From NCBI RefSeq assembly GCF_009914755.1, contig NC_060944.1: a stretch of 64,000 bases of DNA; one strand, written 5' to 3'. The translations under genes and the position numbers were made by a program. The notes under the pieces were generated by a model. The model saw only the letters and a list, made by a program, of their open reading frames with translations. It searched no databases and had not been told where the DNA came from. Positions 40,453 through 53,140 of the stretch are shown here, in pieces (position 1 is the first letter of the stretch; each line of letters starts with the position of its first letter). This DNA is from the human T2T-CHM13v2.0 reference genome, Homo sapiens.

Positions 40453-42491
40453 CATTTTCAGAAACTTATCTGTGATGTATGTACTCAACTAACAGAACTA
40501 AACCATCGTTTTGAAGGAGCAGTTTTGAAACACTCTTTTTGCGGAATCTGCAAGTGGATATTTGGCTAGCTGGGAGGATTTCGTTGGAAACGGGATTACA
40601 TACAAAAAGCAGAGAGCAGCATTCTCAGAAACTTCTTTGTGATGTTTGCATTCAAGTCACAGAGTTGAACATTCCCTTTCATAGAGCAGGTTTGAAACAC
40701 TCTTTTTGTAGTATCTGGATGTGGACATTTGGATCGATTTCAGGCCTATGGTGAAAAAGGAAATATCTTCCCATGAAAACTAGACAGAAGCATTCTCAGA
40801 AACTTGTTTGTGATGTGTGCCCTCTACTGACAGAGTTGAACCTTTCTTTGCAAAGAGCAGTTTTGAAACACTCTTTTTGTAGAATCTGCAAGAGGATATT
40901 TGGATAGCTTTGAGGATTTCTTGGGAAACGGGAATGTCTTCAGATAAACTCTAGACAGAAGCATTCTCAGAAACTTCTTTGGGATGTTTCAATTGAAGTC
41001 ACAGTTTTGAACATTCCCTTTCACAGAGCAGGTTTGAAACACTCTTTTTGTAGTGTCTATAAGTGAACATTTGGCGTGCTTTCAGGCGTAACGTGAAAAA
41101 GGAAATATCTTCCCATAAAAACTAGACAGAAGCATTCTCAGAAACTTGTTCTTGATGTGTCCCCTCTACTGACAGAGTTGAACCTTTCTTTGCAAAGAGC
41201 AGCTTTGAAACACTCTTTTTGTAGAATCTGCAAGAGGATATTTGGATAGCTTGGAGGATTTCGTTGGAAACGGGTATGTCTTCAGATAAACTCTAGACAG
41301 AAGCATTCTCAGAAACTTCTTTGGGATGTTGCATTCAAGTCACAGAGTAGAACATTCCCATTCATAGAGCAGATTTGAAACACTCTTTTTGTAGTATCTG
41401 GAAGTGGACATTTGGAGCGCTTTCAGGCCTATGGTGAAAAAGGAAATATCTTCCCATAAAAACTAGACGGAAGCATTCTCAGAAACTTATTTGTGATGTG
41501 TTTGCTCAACTAACAGGATTGAACCATCGTTTTGAAGGAGCAGTTTTGAAACACTGTTTTCGTGGAATCTGCAAGTGGATATTTGGCTAGCTTTGAGGAT
41601 TTCGTTGGAAACGGGATTACATATAAAAAGGAGACAGCAGCATTCTCAGAAACTTCTTTGTGATGTCTGCATTCAATTCACAGAGTTGAGCATTCCCTTT
41701 CATAGAGCAGGTTGGAAACACTCTTTTTGTAGTATCTGGATGAGGACATTTGGAGCGCTTTCAGGCGTATGGTGAAAAAGGAAATATCTTCCCGTAAAAA
41801 GTAGACAGAAGCATTCTCAGAAGTTTATTTGTGATGTCTGCCCTCAACTAACAGAGTTGAACCTTTCTTTTGATAGAGCAGTTTTGAAACACTCTTTTTG
41901 TAAAATCTGCAAGAGGATATTTGGATAGCTTTGAGGATTTCGTTGCAAACGGGAATGGCTTCATATAAACTCTAGACAGAAGCATTCTCAGAAACTTCGT
42001 TGGGATGTTTCGATTGAAGTCCCAGTGTTGAACATTCCCTTTTATAGAGCAGGGTGGAAACACTCTTTCTGCATTCCCTGGAAGTGGACATTTGGAGCGC
42101 TTTCAGGACGACGGTGAAAATGGAAATATCTTCCAATAAAATCTAGATAGAAACAACGTCAGAAACTTTTATGTGATGGATCTACTCAGCTAACAGAGTT
42201 GAACCTTTCTTTTGAGAGAGCAGTTTTGCAACACTCTTTTTGTGGAATATGCAAGTGGATATTAGGGCAGCTTTGAGGATTTCGTTGGAAACGGGAATAC
42301 ATGTAAAAAGCAGACAGCAGCATTCTCAGAAACTTCTTTGTGATGTTTGCATTGAAGTCACAGAGTTGAACATTCCATTTGAGAGAGCAGGATTGAAACA
42401 CGCCTTTTGCCATATCTGGAAGTGTCCATTCGGAGCGCATTCAGGCTTGTGTTGAAAAAGGAAATATCCTCCCATAAAAACTATACAGAAG
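40453..42491 (+). repeat. H17, 12-mer (m1-m2 + m7-m16), 2,039 bp
   Basis: m2 is followed at 40791 by m7; 2719-680=2039. Confidence 0.92.
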
Positions 42492-43512
42492 CATTCTCAG
42501 AAACTTATTTGTGATGTATGTACTCAACTAACAGAACTAAACCATCGTTTTGAAGGAGCAGTTTTGAAACACTGTTTTTGCGGAATCTGCAAGTGGATAT
42601 TTGGCTAGCTGGGTGGATTTCGTTGGAAACGGGATTACATACAAAAAGCAGAGAGCAGCATTCTCAGAAACTTCTTCGTGATGTTTGCATTCAAGTCACA
42701 GAGTTGAACATTCCCTTTCATAGAGCAGGTTTGAAACACTCTTTTTGTAGTATCTGGATGTGGACATTTGGATCGCTTTCAGGCCTATGGTGAAAAAGGA
42801 AATATCTTCCCATGAAAACTAGACAGAAGCATTCTCAGAAACTTGTTTGTGATGTGTGCCCTCTACTGACAGAGTTGAACCTTTCTTTGCAAAGAGCAGT
42901 TTTGAAACACTCTTTTTGTAGAATCTGCAAGAGGATATTTGGATAGCTTTGAGGATTTCTTGGGAAACGGGAATGTCTTCAGATAAACTCTAGACAGAAG
43001 CATTCTCAGAAACTTCTTTGGGATGTTTCAATTGAAGTCACAGTGTTGAACATTCCCTTTCACCTAGCAGGTTTGAAACACTCTTTTTGTAGTGTCTATA
43101 AGTGAACATTTGGCGTGCTTTCAGGCGTAACGTGAAAAAGGAAATATCTTCCCATAAAAACTAGACAGAAGCATTCTCAGAAACTTGTTCTTGATGTGTC
43201 CCCTCTACTGACAGAGTTGAACCTTTCTTTGCAAAGAGCAGCTTTGAAACACTCTTTTTGTAGAATCTGCAAGAGGATATTTGGATAGCTTGGAGGATTT
43301 CGTTGGAAACGGGTATGTCTTCAGATAAACTCTAGACAGAAGCATTCTCAGAAACTTCTTTGGGATGTTGCATTCAAGTCACAGAGTAGAACATTCCCAT
43401 TCATAGAGCAGATTTGAAACACTCTTTTTGTAGTATCTGGAAGTGGACATTTGGAGCGCTTTCAGGCCTATGTTGAAAAAGGAAATATCTTCCCATAAAA
43501 ACTAGACGGAAG
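42492..43512 (+). repeat. H18, 6-mer (m1, m2, m7-m10), 1,021 bp
   Basis: Same m2-m7 junction at 42830; ends before the hybrid m11/m1 monomer at 43513. Confidence 0.85.
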
Positions 43513-45360
43513 CATTCTCAGAAACTTATTTGTGATGTGTTTGCTCAACTAACAGGATTGAACCATCGTTTTGAAGGAGCAGTTTTGAAACACTGTTTTC
43601 GTGGAATCTGCAAGTGGATATTTGGCTAGCTTTGAGGATTTCGTTGGAAACGGGATTACATACAAAAAGCAGAGAGCAGCATTCTCAGAAACTTCTTTGT
43701 GATGTCTGCATTCAAGTCACAGAGTTGAACATTCCCTTTCATAGAGCAGGTTTGAAACACTCTTTTTGTAGTATCTGGATGTGGACATTTGGATCGCTTT
43801 CAGGCCTATGGTGTGAAAACTAGACCGAAGCATTCTCAGAAACTTCTTTGGGATGTTTCAATTGAAGTCACAGTGTTGAACATTCCTTTTCACAGAGCAG
43901 GTTTGAAACACTCTTTTTGTAGTGTCTATAAGTGAACATTTGGCGTGCTTTCAGGTCTAACGTGAAAAAGGAAATATCTTCCCATAAAAACTAGACAGAA
44001 GAATTCTCAGAAACTTGTTCGTGATGTGTGCCCTCTACTGACAGAGTTGAACCTTTCTTTGCAAAGAGCAGCTTTGAAACACTCTTTTTGTAGAATCTGC
44101 AAGAGGATATTTGGATAGCTTGGAGGATTTCGTTGGAAACGGGTATGTCTTCAGATAAACTCTAGACAGAAGCATTCTCAGAAACTTCTTTGGGATGTTG
44201 CATTCAAGTCACAGAGTAGAACATTCCCATTCATAGAGCAGATTTGAAACACTCTTTTTGTAGTCTCTGGAAGTGGACATTTGGAGCGCTTTCAGGCCTA
44301 TGTTGAAAAAGGAAATATCTTCCCATAAAAACTAGACGGAAGCATTCTCAGAAACTTACTTGTGATGTGTTTGCTCAACTAACAGAATTGAACCATCGTT
44401 TTGAAGGAGCAGTTTTGAAACACTGTTTTCGTGGAATCTGCAAGTGGATATTTGGCTAGCTTTGAGGATTTCGTTGGAAACGGGATTACGTATAAAAAGG
44501 AGACAGCAGCATTCTCAGAAACTTCTTTGTGATGTCTGCATTCAATTCACAGAGTTGAGCATTCCCTTTCATAGAGCAGGTTGGAAACACTCTTTTTGTA
44601 GTATCTGGATGAGGACATTTGGAGCGCTTTCAGGCGTATGGTGAAAAAGGAAATATCTTCCCGTAAAAACTAGACAGAAGCATTCTCAGAAATTTATTTG
44701 TGATGTGTGCCCTCAACTAACAGAGTTGAACCTTTCTTTTGATAGAGCAGTTTTGAAACACTCTTTTTGTAAAATCTGCAAGAGGATATTTGGATAGCTT
44801 TGAGGATTTCGTTGCAAACGGGAATGGCTTCATATAAACTCTAGACAGAAGCATTCTCAGAAACTTCGTTGGGATGTTTCGATTGAAGTCCCAGTGTTGA
44901 ACATTCCCTTTTATAGAGCAGGTTGGAAACACTCTTTCTGCATTCCCTGGAAGTGGACATTTGGAGCGCTTTCAGGACGACGGTGAAAATGGAAATATCT
45001 TCCAATAAAATCTAGATAGAAGCAACGTCAGAAACTTTTATGTGATGGATCTACTCAGCTAACAGAGTTGAACCTTTCTTTTGAGAGAGCAGTTTTGCAA
45101 CACTCTTTTTGTGGAATATGCAAGTGGATATTAGGGCAGCTTTGAGGATTTCGTTGGAAACGGGAATACATGTAAAAAGCAGACAGCAGCATTCTCAGAA
45201 ACTTCTTTGTGATGTTTGCATTGAAGTCACAGAGTTGAACATTCCCTTTGAGAGAGCAGGTTTGAAACACGCCTTTTGTCATATCTGGAAGTGTCCATTC
45301 GGAGCGCATTCAGGCTTGTGTTGAAAAAGGAAATATCCTCCCATAAAAACTATACAGAAG
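43513..45360 (+). repeat. H19, 11-mer (m11/m1 hybrid, m2-del20, m8-m16), 1,848 bp
   Basis: m2-del20 is followed at 43831 by m8; 1021+1848=2869 equals the marker gap 42578-45447. Confidence 0.87.
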
Positions 45361-48079
45361 CATTCTCAGAAACTTATCTGTGATGTATGTACTCAACTAA
45401 CAGAACTAAACCATCGTTTTGAAGGAGCAGTTTTGAAACACTCTTTTTGCGGAATCTGCAAGTGGATATTTGGCTAGCTGGGAGGATTTCGTTGGAAACG
45501 GGATTACATACAAAAAGCAGACAGCAGCATTCTCAGAAACTTCTTTGTGATGTTTGCATTCAAGTCACAGAGTTGAACATTCCCTTTCATAGAGCAGGTT
45601 TGAAACACTCTTTTTGTAGTATCTGGATGTGGACATTTGGATCGCTTTCAGGCCTATGGTGAAAAAGGAAATATCTTCCCATGAAAACTAGACAGAAGCA
45701 TTCTCAGAAACTTATTTGTGATGTGTGCCCTCAACTGACAGTGTTGAACCTTTGTTTTGATAGAGCAGTTCTGAAACACACTTTTTGTAAAATCTGCAAG
45801 AGGATATTTGGATAGCTTTGAGGATTTCGTTGGAAACGGGAATGTCTTCATGTAAACTCTAGACAGAAGCATTCTCAGAAACTGCTTTGGGATGTTTCAA
45901 TTGAAGTCCCAGTGTTGAACATTCCCTTTCATAGAGCAGGTTTGAAACACTCTTTTTGTACTATCTGGAAGTGGACATTTGGAGCGCTTTCAGGTCTACG
46001 GTGAAAAAGGAGATATCTTCCAATAAAAACTAGATAGAAGCAATGTCAGAACTTTTTTCATGATGTATCTACTCAGCAAACAGAGTTGAACCTTTCTTTT
46101 GAGAGAGCAGTTTTGAAACACTCTTTTTGTGGAATATGCAAGTGGGTATTAGGCCAGCTTGGAGGATTTCGTTGGAAACGGGAATACGTATAAAAAGCAG
46201 ACAGCAGCATTGTCAGAAACTACTTTGTGATGTTTGCATTCAAGTCACAGAATTGAACACTCCCTTTCACAGAGCAGGTTTGAAACACTCTTTTTGTAGT
46301 GTCTGTAAGTGAACATTTGGATTGCTTTCAGGCCTAAGGTGAAAAAGGAAATATCTTCCCATAAAAACTAGACAGAAGCATTCTCAGAAACTTGTTTGTG
46401 ATGTGTGCCCTCTACTGACAGAGTTGAACCTTTCTTTGCAAAGAGCAGTTTTGAAACACTCTTTTTGTAGAATCTGCAAGAGGATATTTGGATAGCTTTG
46501 AGGATTTCTTGGGAAACGGGAATGTCTTCAGATAAACTCTAGACAGAAGCATTCTCAGAAACTTCTTTGGGATGTTTCAATTGAAGTCACAGTGTTGAAC
46601 ATTCCCTTTCACAGAGCAGGTTTGAAACACTCTTTTTGTAGTGTCTATAAGTGAACATTTGGCGTGCTTTCAGGCCTAACGTGAAAAAGGAAATATCTTC
46701 CCATAAAAACTAGACAGAAGCATTCTCAGAAACTTGTTCGTGATGTGTGCCCTCTACTGACAGAGTTGAACCTTTCTTTGCAAAGAGCAGCTTTGAAACA
46801 CTCTTTTTGTAGAATCTGCAAGAGGATATTTGGATAGCTTGGAGGATTTCGTTGGAAACGGGTATGTCTTCAGATAAATTCTAGACAGAAGCATTCTCAG
46901 AAACTTCTTTGGGATGTTGCATTCAAGTCACAGAGTAGAACATTCCCATTCATAGAGCAGATTTGAAACACTCTTTTTGTAGTGTCTGGAAGTGGACATT
47001 TGGAGCGCTTTCAGGCCTATGTTGAAAAAGGAAATATCTTCCCATAAAAACTAGACGGAAGCATTCTCAGAAACTTACTTGTGATGTGTTTGCTCAACTA
47101 ACAGAATTGAACCATCGTTTTGAAGGAGCAGTTTTGAAACACTGTTTTCGTGGAATCTGCAAGTGGATATTTGGCTAGCTTTGAGGATTTCGTTGGAAAC
47201 GGGATTACATATAAAAAGGAGACAGCAGCATTCTCAGAAACTTCTTTGTGATGTCTGCATTCAATTCACAGAGTTGAGCATTCCCTTTCATAGAGCAGGT
47301 TGGAAACACTCTTTTTGTAGTATCTGGATGAGGACATTTGGAGCGCTTTCAGTCGTATGGTGAAAAAGGAAATATCTTCCCGTAAAAACTAGACAGAAGC
47401 TTTCTCAGAAATTTATTTGTGATGTGTGCCCTCAACTAACAGAGTTGAACCTTTCTTTTGATAGAGCAGTTTTGAAACACTCTTTTTGTAAAATCTGCAA
47501 GAGGATATTTGGATAGCTTTGAGGATTTCGTTGCAAACGGGAATGGCTTCATATAAACTCTAGACAGAAGCATTCTCAGAAACTTCGTTGGGATGTTGCG
47601 ATTGAAGTCCCAGTGTTGAACATTCCCTTTTATAGAGCAGGTTGGAAACACTCTTTCTGCATTCCCTGGAAGTGGACATTTGGAGCGCTTTCAGGACGAC
47701 GGTGAAAATGGAAATATCTTCCAATAAAATCTAGATAGAAGCAACGTCAGAAACTTTTATGTGATGGATCTACTCAGCTAACAGAGTTGAACCTTTCTTT
47801 TGAGAGAGCAGTTTTGCAACACTCTTTTTGTGGAATATGCAAGTGGATATTAGGGCAGCTTTGAGGATTTCGTTGGAAACGGGAATACATGTAAAAAGCA
47901 GACAGCAGCATTCTCAGAAACTTCTTTGTGATGTTTGCATTGAAGTCACAGAGTTGAACATTCCCTTTGAGAGAGCAGGTTTGAAACACGCCTTTTGTCA
48001 TATCTGGAAGTGTCCATTCGGAGCGCATTCAGGCTTGTGTTGAAAAAGGAAATATCCTCCCATAAAAACTATACAGAAG
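45361..48079 (+). repeat. H20, canonical 16-mer
   Basis: 2,719-bp spacing. Confidence 0.94.
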
Positions 48080-50441
48080 CATTCTCAGAAACTTATTTGT
48101 GATGTATGTACTCAACTAACAGAACTAAACCATCGTTTTGAAGGAGCAGTTTTGAAACACTCTTTTTGCGGAATCTGCAAGTGGATATTTGGCTAGCTGG
48201 GAGGATTTCGTTGGAAACGGGATTACATACAAAAAGCAGACAGCAGCATTCTCAGAAACTTCTCTGTGATGTTTGCATTCAAGTCACAGAGTTGAACATT
48301 CCCTTTCATAGAGCAGGTTTGAAACACTACTGGTGGACATTTGGATCGCTTTCAGGCCTATGGTGAAAAAGGAAATATCTTCCCATGAAAACTAGACAGA
48401 AGCATTCTCAGAAACTTATTTTTGATGTGTGCCCTCAACTGACAGTGTTGAACCTTTGTTTTGATAGAGCAGTTCTGAAACACACTTTTTGTAAAATCTG
48501 CAAGAGGATATTTGGATAGCTTTGAGGATTTCGTTGGAAACGGAAATGTCTTCATGTAAACTCTAGACAGAAGCATTCTCAGAAACTGCTTTGGGATGTT
48601 TCAATTGAAGTCCCAGTGTTGAACATTCCCTTTCATAGAGCAGGTTTGAAACACTCTTTTTGTACTATCTGGAAGTGGACATTTGGAGCGCTTTCAGGTC
48701 TACGGTGAAAAAGGAGATATCTTCCAATAAAAACTAGATAGAAGCAATGTCAGAACTTTTTTCATGATGTATCTACTCAGCAAACAGAGTAGAACCTTTC
48801 TTTTGAGAGAGCAGTTTAGAAACACTCTTTTTGTGGAATATGCAAGTGGGTATTAGGCCAGCTTGGAGGATTTCGTTGGAAACGGGAATACGTATAAAAA
48901 GCAGACAGCAGCATTGTCAGAAACTACTTTGTGATGTTTGCATTCAAGTCACAGAATTGAACACTCCCTTTCACAGAGCAGGTTTGAAACACTCTTTTTG
49001 TAGTGTCTGTAAGTGAACATTTGGATTGCTTTCAGGCCTAAGGTGAAAAAGGAAATATCTTCCCATAAAAACTAGACAGAAGCATTCTCAGAAACTTGTT
49101 CGTGATGTGTGCCCTCTACTGACAGAGTTGAACCTTTCTTTGCAAAGAGCAGCTTTGAAACACTCTTTTTGTAGAATCTGCAAGAGGATACTTGGATAGC
49201 TTGGAGGATTTCGTTGGAAACGGTTATGTCTTCAGATAAACTCTAGACAGAAGCATTCTCAGAAACTTCTTTGGGATGTTGCATTCAAGTCACAGAGTAG
49301 AACATTCCCATTCATAGAGCAGATTTGAAACACTCTTTTTGTAGTATCTGGAAGTGGACATTTGGAGCGCTTTCCGGCCTATGTTGAAAAAGGAAATATC
49401 TTCCCATAAAAACTAGACGGAAGCATTCTCAGAAACTTACTTGTGATGTGTTTGCTCAACTAACAGAATTGAACCATCGTTTTGAAGGAGCAGTTTTGAA
49501 ACACTGTTTTCGTGGAATCTGCAAGTGGATATTTGGCTAGCTTTGAGGATTTCGTTGGAAACGGGATTACATATAAAAAGGAGACAGCAGCATTCTCAGA
49601 AACTTCTTTGTGATGTCTGCATTCAATTCACAGAGTTGAGCATTCCCTTTCATAGAGCAGGTTGGAAACACTCTTTTTGTAGTATCTGGATGAGGACATT
49701 TGGAGCGCTTTCAGGCGTATGGTGAAAAAGGAAATATCTTCCCGTAAAAACTAGACAGAAGCATTCTCAGAAATTTATTTGTGATGTGTGCCCTCAACTA
49801 ACAGAGTTGAACCTTTCTTTTGATAGAGCAGTTTTGAAACACTCTTTTTGTAAAATCTGCAAGAGGATATTTGGATAGCTTTGAGGATTTCATTGCAAAC
49901 GGGAATGGCTTCATATAAACTCTAGACAGAAGCATTCTCAGAAACTTCGTTGGGATGTTTCGATTGAAGTCCCAGTGTTGAACATTCCCTTTTATAGAGC
50001 AGGTTGGAAACACTCTTTCTGCATTCCCTGGAAGTGGACATTTGAAGCGCTTTCAGGACGACGGTGAAAATGGAAATATCTTCCAATAAAATCTAGATAG
50101 AAGCAACGTCAGAAACTTTTATGTGATGGATCTACTCAGCTAACGGAGTTGAACCTTTCTTTTGAGAGAGCAGTTTTGCAACACTCTTTTTGTGGAATAT
50201 GCAAGTGGATATTAGGGCAGCTTTGAGGATTTCGTTGGAAACGGGAATACATGTAAAAAGCAGACAGCAGCATTCTCAGAAACTTCTTTGTGATGTTTGC
50301 ATTGAAGTCACAGAGTTGAACATTCCCTTTGAGAGAGCAGGTTTGAAACACGCCTTTTGTCATATCTGGAAGTGTCCATTCGGAGCGCATTCAGGCTTGT
50401 GTTGAAAAAGGAAATATCCTCCCATAAAAACTAGACAGAAG
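48080..50441 (+). repeat. H21, 14-mer (lacking m7-m8, net 15-bp loss in m2), 2,362 bp
   Basis: m6 is followed at 49083 by m9; 2719-342-15=2362. Confidence 0.9.
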
Positions 50442-53140
50442 CATTCTCAGAAACTTATCTGTGATGTATGTACTCAACTAAAAGAACTAAACCATCGTTT
50501 TGAAGGAGCAGTTTTGAAACACTCTTTTTGCGGAATCTGCAAGTGGATATTTGGCTAGCTGGGAGGATTTCGTTGGAAACGGGATTACATACAAAAAGCA
50601 GACAGCAGCATTCTCAGAAACTTCTTTGTGATGTTTGCATTCAAGTCACAGAGTTGAACATTCCCTTTCATAGAGCAGGTTTGAAACACTCTTTTTGTAG
50701 TATCTGGATGTGGACATTTGGAACGCTTTCAGGCCTATGGTGTGAAAACTAGACAGAAGTATTCTCAGAAACTTATTTGTGATATGTGCCCTCAACTGAC
50801 AGTGTTGAACCTTTGTTTTGATAGAGCAGTTCTGAAACACACTTTTTGTAATATCTGCAAGAGGATATTTGGATAGCTTTGAGGATTTCGTTGGAAACGG
50901 GAATGTCTTCATGTAAACTCTAGACAAAAGCATTCTCAGAAACTGCTTTGGGATGTTTCAATTGAAGTCCCAGTGTTGAACATTCCCTTTCATAGAGCAG
51001 GTTTGAAACACTCTTTTTGTACTATCTGGAAGTGGACATTTGGAGAGCTTTCAGGTCTACGGTGAAAAAGGAGATATCTTCCAATAAAAACTAGATAGAA
51101 GCAATGTCAGAACTTTTTTCATGATGTATCTACTCAGCAAACAGAGCTGAACCTTTCTTTTGAGAGAGCAGTTTTGAAACACTCTTTTTGTGGAATATGC
51201 AAGTGGGTATTAGGCCAGCTTGGAGGATTTCGTTGGAAACGGGAATACGTATAAAAAGCAGACAGCAGCATTGTCAGAAACTACATTGTGATGTTTGCAT
51301 TCAAGTCACAGAATTGAACACTCCCTTTCACAGAGCAGGTTTGAAACACTCTTTTTGTAGTGTCTGTAAGTGAACATTTGGATTGCTTTCAGGCCTAAGG
51401 TGAAAAAGGAAATATCTTCCCATAAAAACTAGACAGAAGCATTCTCAGAAACTTGTTTGTGATGTGTGCCCTCTACTGACAGAGTTGAACATTTCTTTGC
51501 AAAGAGCAGTTTTGAAACACTCTTTTTGTAGTATCTGCAAGAGGATATTTGGATAGATTTGAGGATTTCTTGGGAAACGGGAATGTCTTCAGATAAACTC
51601 TAGACAGAAGCATTCTCAGAAACTTCATCGGGATATTTCAATTGAAGTCACAGTGTTGAACATTCCTTTTCACAGAGCAGGTTTGAAACACTCTTTTTGT
51701 AGTGTCTATAAGTGAACATTTGGCGTGCTTTCAGGCCTAACGTGAAAAAGGAAATATCTTCCCATAAAAACTAGACAGAAGCATTCTCAGAAACTTGTTC
51801 GTGATGTGTGCCCTCTACTGACAGAGTTGAACCTTTCTTTGCAAAGAGCAGCTTTGAAACACTCTTTTTGTAGAATCTGCAAGAGGATATTTGGATAGCT
51901 TTGAGGATTTCGTTGGAAACGGGTATGTCTTCAGATAAACTCTAGACAGAAGCATTCTCAGAAACTTCTTTGGGATGTTGCATTCAAGTCACAGAGTAGA
52001 ACATTCCCATTCATAGAGCAGATTTGAAACACTCTTTTTGTAGTATCTGGAAGTGGACATTTGGAGCGCTTTCAGGCCTATGTTGAAAAAGGAAATATGT
52101 TCCCATAAAAACTAGACGGAAGCATTCTCAGAAACTTACTTGTGATGTGTTTGCTCAACTAACAGAATTGAACCATCGTTTTGAAGGAGCAGTTTTGAAA
52201 CACTGTTTTCGTGGAATCTGCAAGTGGATATTTGGCTAGCTTGGAGGATTTCGTTGGAAACGGGATTACATATAAAAAGGAGACAGCAGCATTCTCAGAA
52301 ACTTCTTTGTGATGTCTGCATTCAATTCACAGAGTTGAGCATTCCCTTTCATAGAGCAGGTTGGAAACAATCTTTTTGTAGTATCTGGATGAGGACATTT
52401 GGAGCGCTTTCAGGCCTATGGTGAAAAAGGAAATATCTTCCCGTAAAAACTAGACAGAAGCATTCTCAGAAATTTATTTGTGATGTGTGCCCTCAACTAA
52501 CAGAGTTGAACCTTTCTTTTGATAGAGCAGTTTTGAAACACTCTTTTTGTAAAATCTGCAAGAGGATATTTGGATAGCTTTGAGGATTTCATTGCAAACG
52601 GGAATGGCTTCATATAAACTCTAGACAGAAGCATTCTCAGAAACTTCGTTGGGATGTTTCGATTGAAGTCCCAGTGTTGAACATTCCCTTTTATAGAGCA
52701 GGTTGGAAACACTCTTTCTGCATTCCCTGGAAGTGGACATTTGGAGCGCTTTCAGGACGACGGTGAAAATGGAAATATCTTCCAATAAAATCTAGATAGA
52801 AGCAACGTCAGAAACTTTTATGTGATGGATCTACTCAGCTAACAGAGTTGAACCTTTCTTTTGAGAGAGCAGTTTTGCAACACTCTTTTTGTGGAATATG
52901 CAAGTGGATATTAGGGCAGCTTTGAGGATTTCGTTGGAAACGGGAATACATGTAAAAAGCAGACAGCAGCATTCTCAGAAACTTCTTTGTGATGTTTGCA
53001 TTGAAGTCACAGAGTTGAACATTCCCTTTGAGAGAGCAGGTTTGAAACACGCCTTTTGTCATATCTGGAAGTGTCCATTCGGAGCGCATTCAGGCTTGTG
53101 TTGAAAAAGGAAATATCCTCCCATAAAAACTATACAGAAG
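50442..53140 (+). repeat. H22, 16-mer carrying the 20-bp m2 deletion, 2,699 bp
   Basis: ggtgtgaaaact at about 50742; marker gap is 2,699. Confidence 0.92.

Noticed and set aside
40201-40569. Longest ORF (122 aa)
   Set aside because: It results from one substitution (tgttga>tgtaga, about 40414) that removes a stop codon in one repeat copy; there is no coding evidence.
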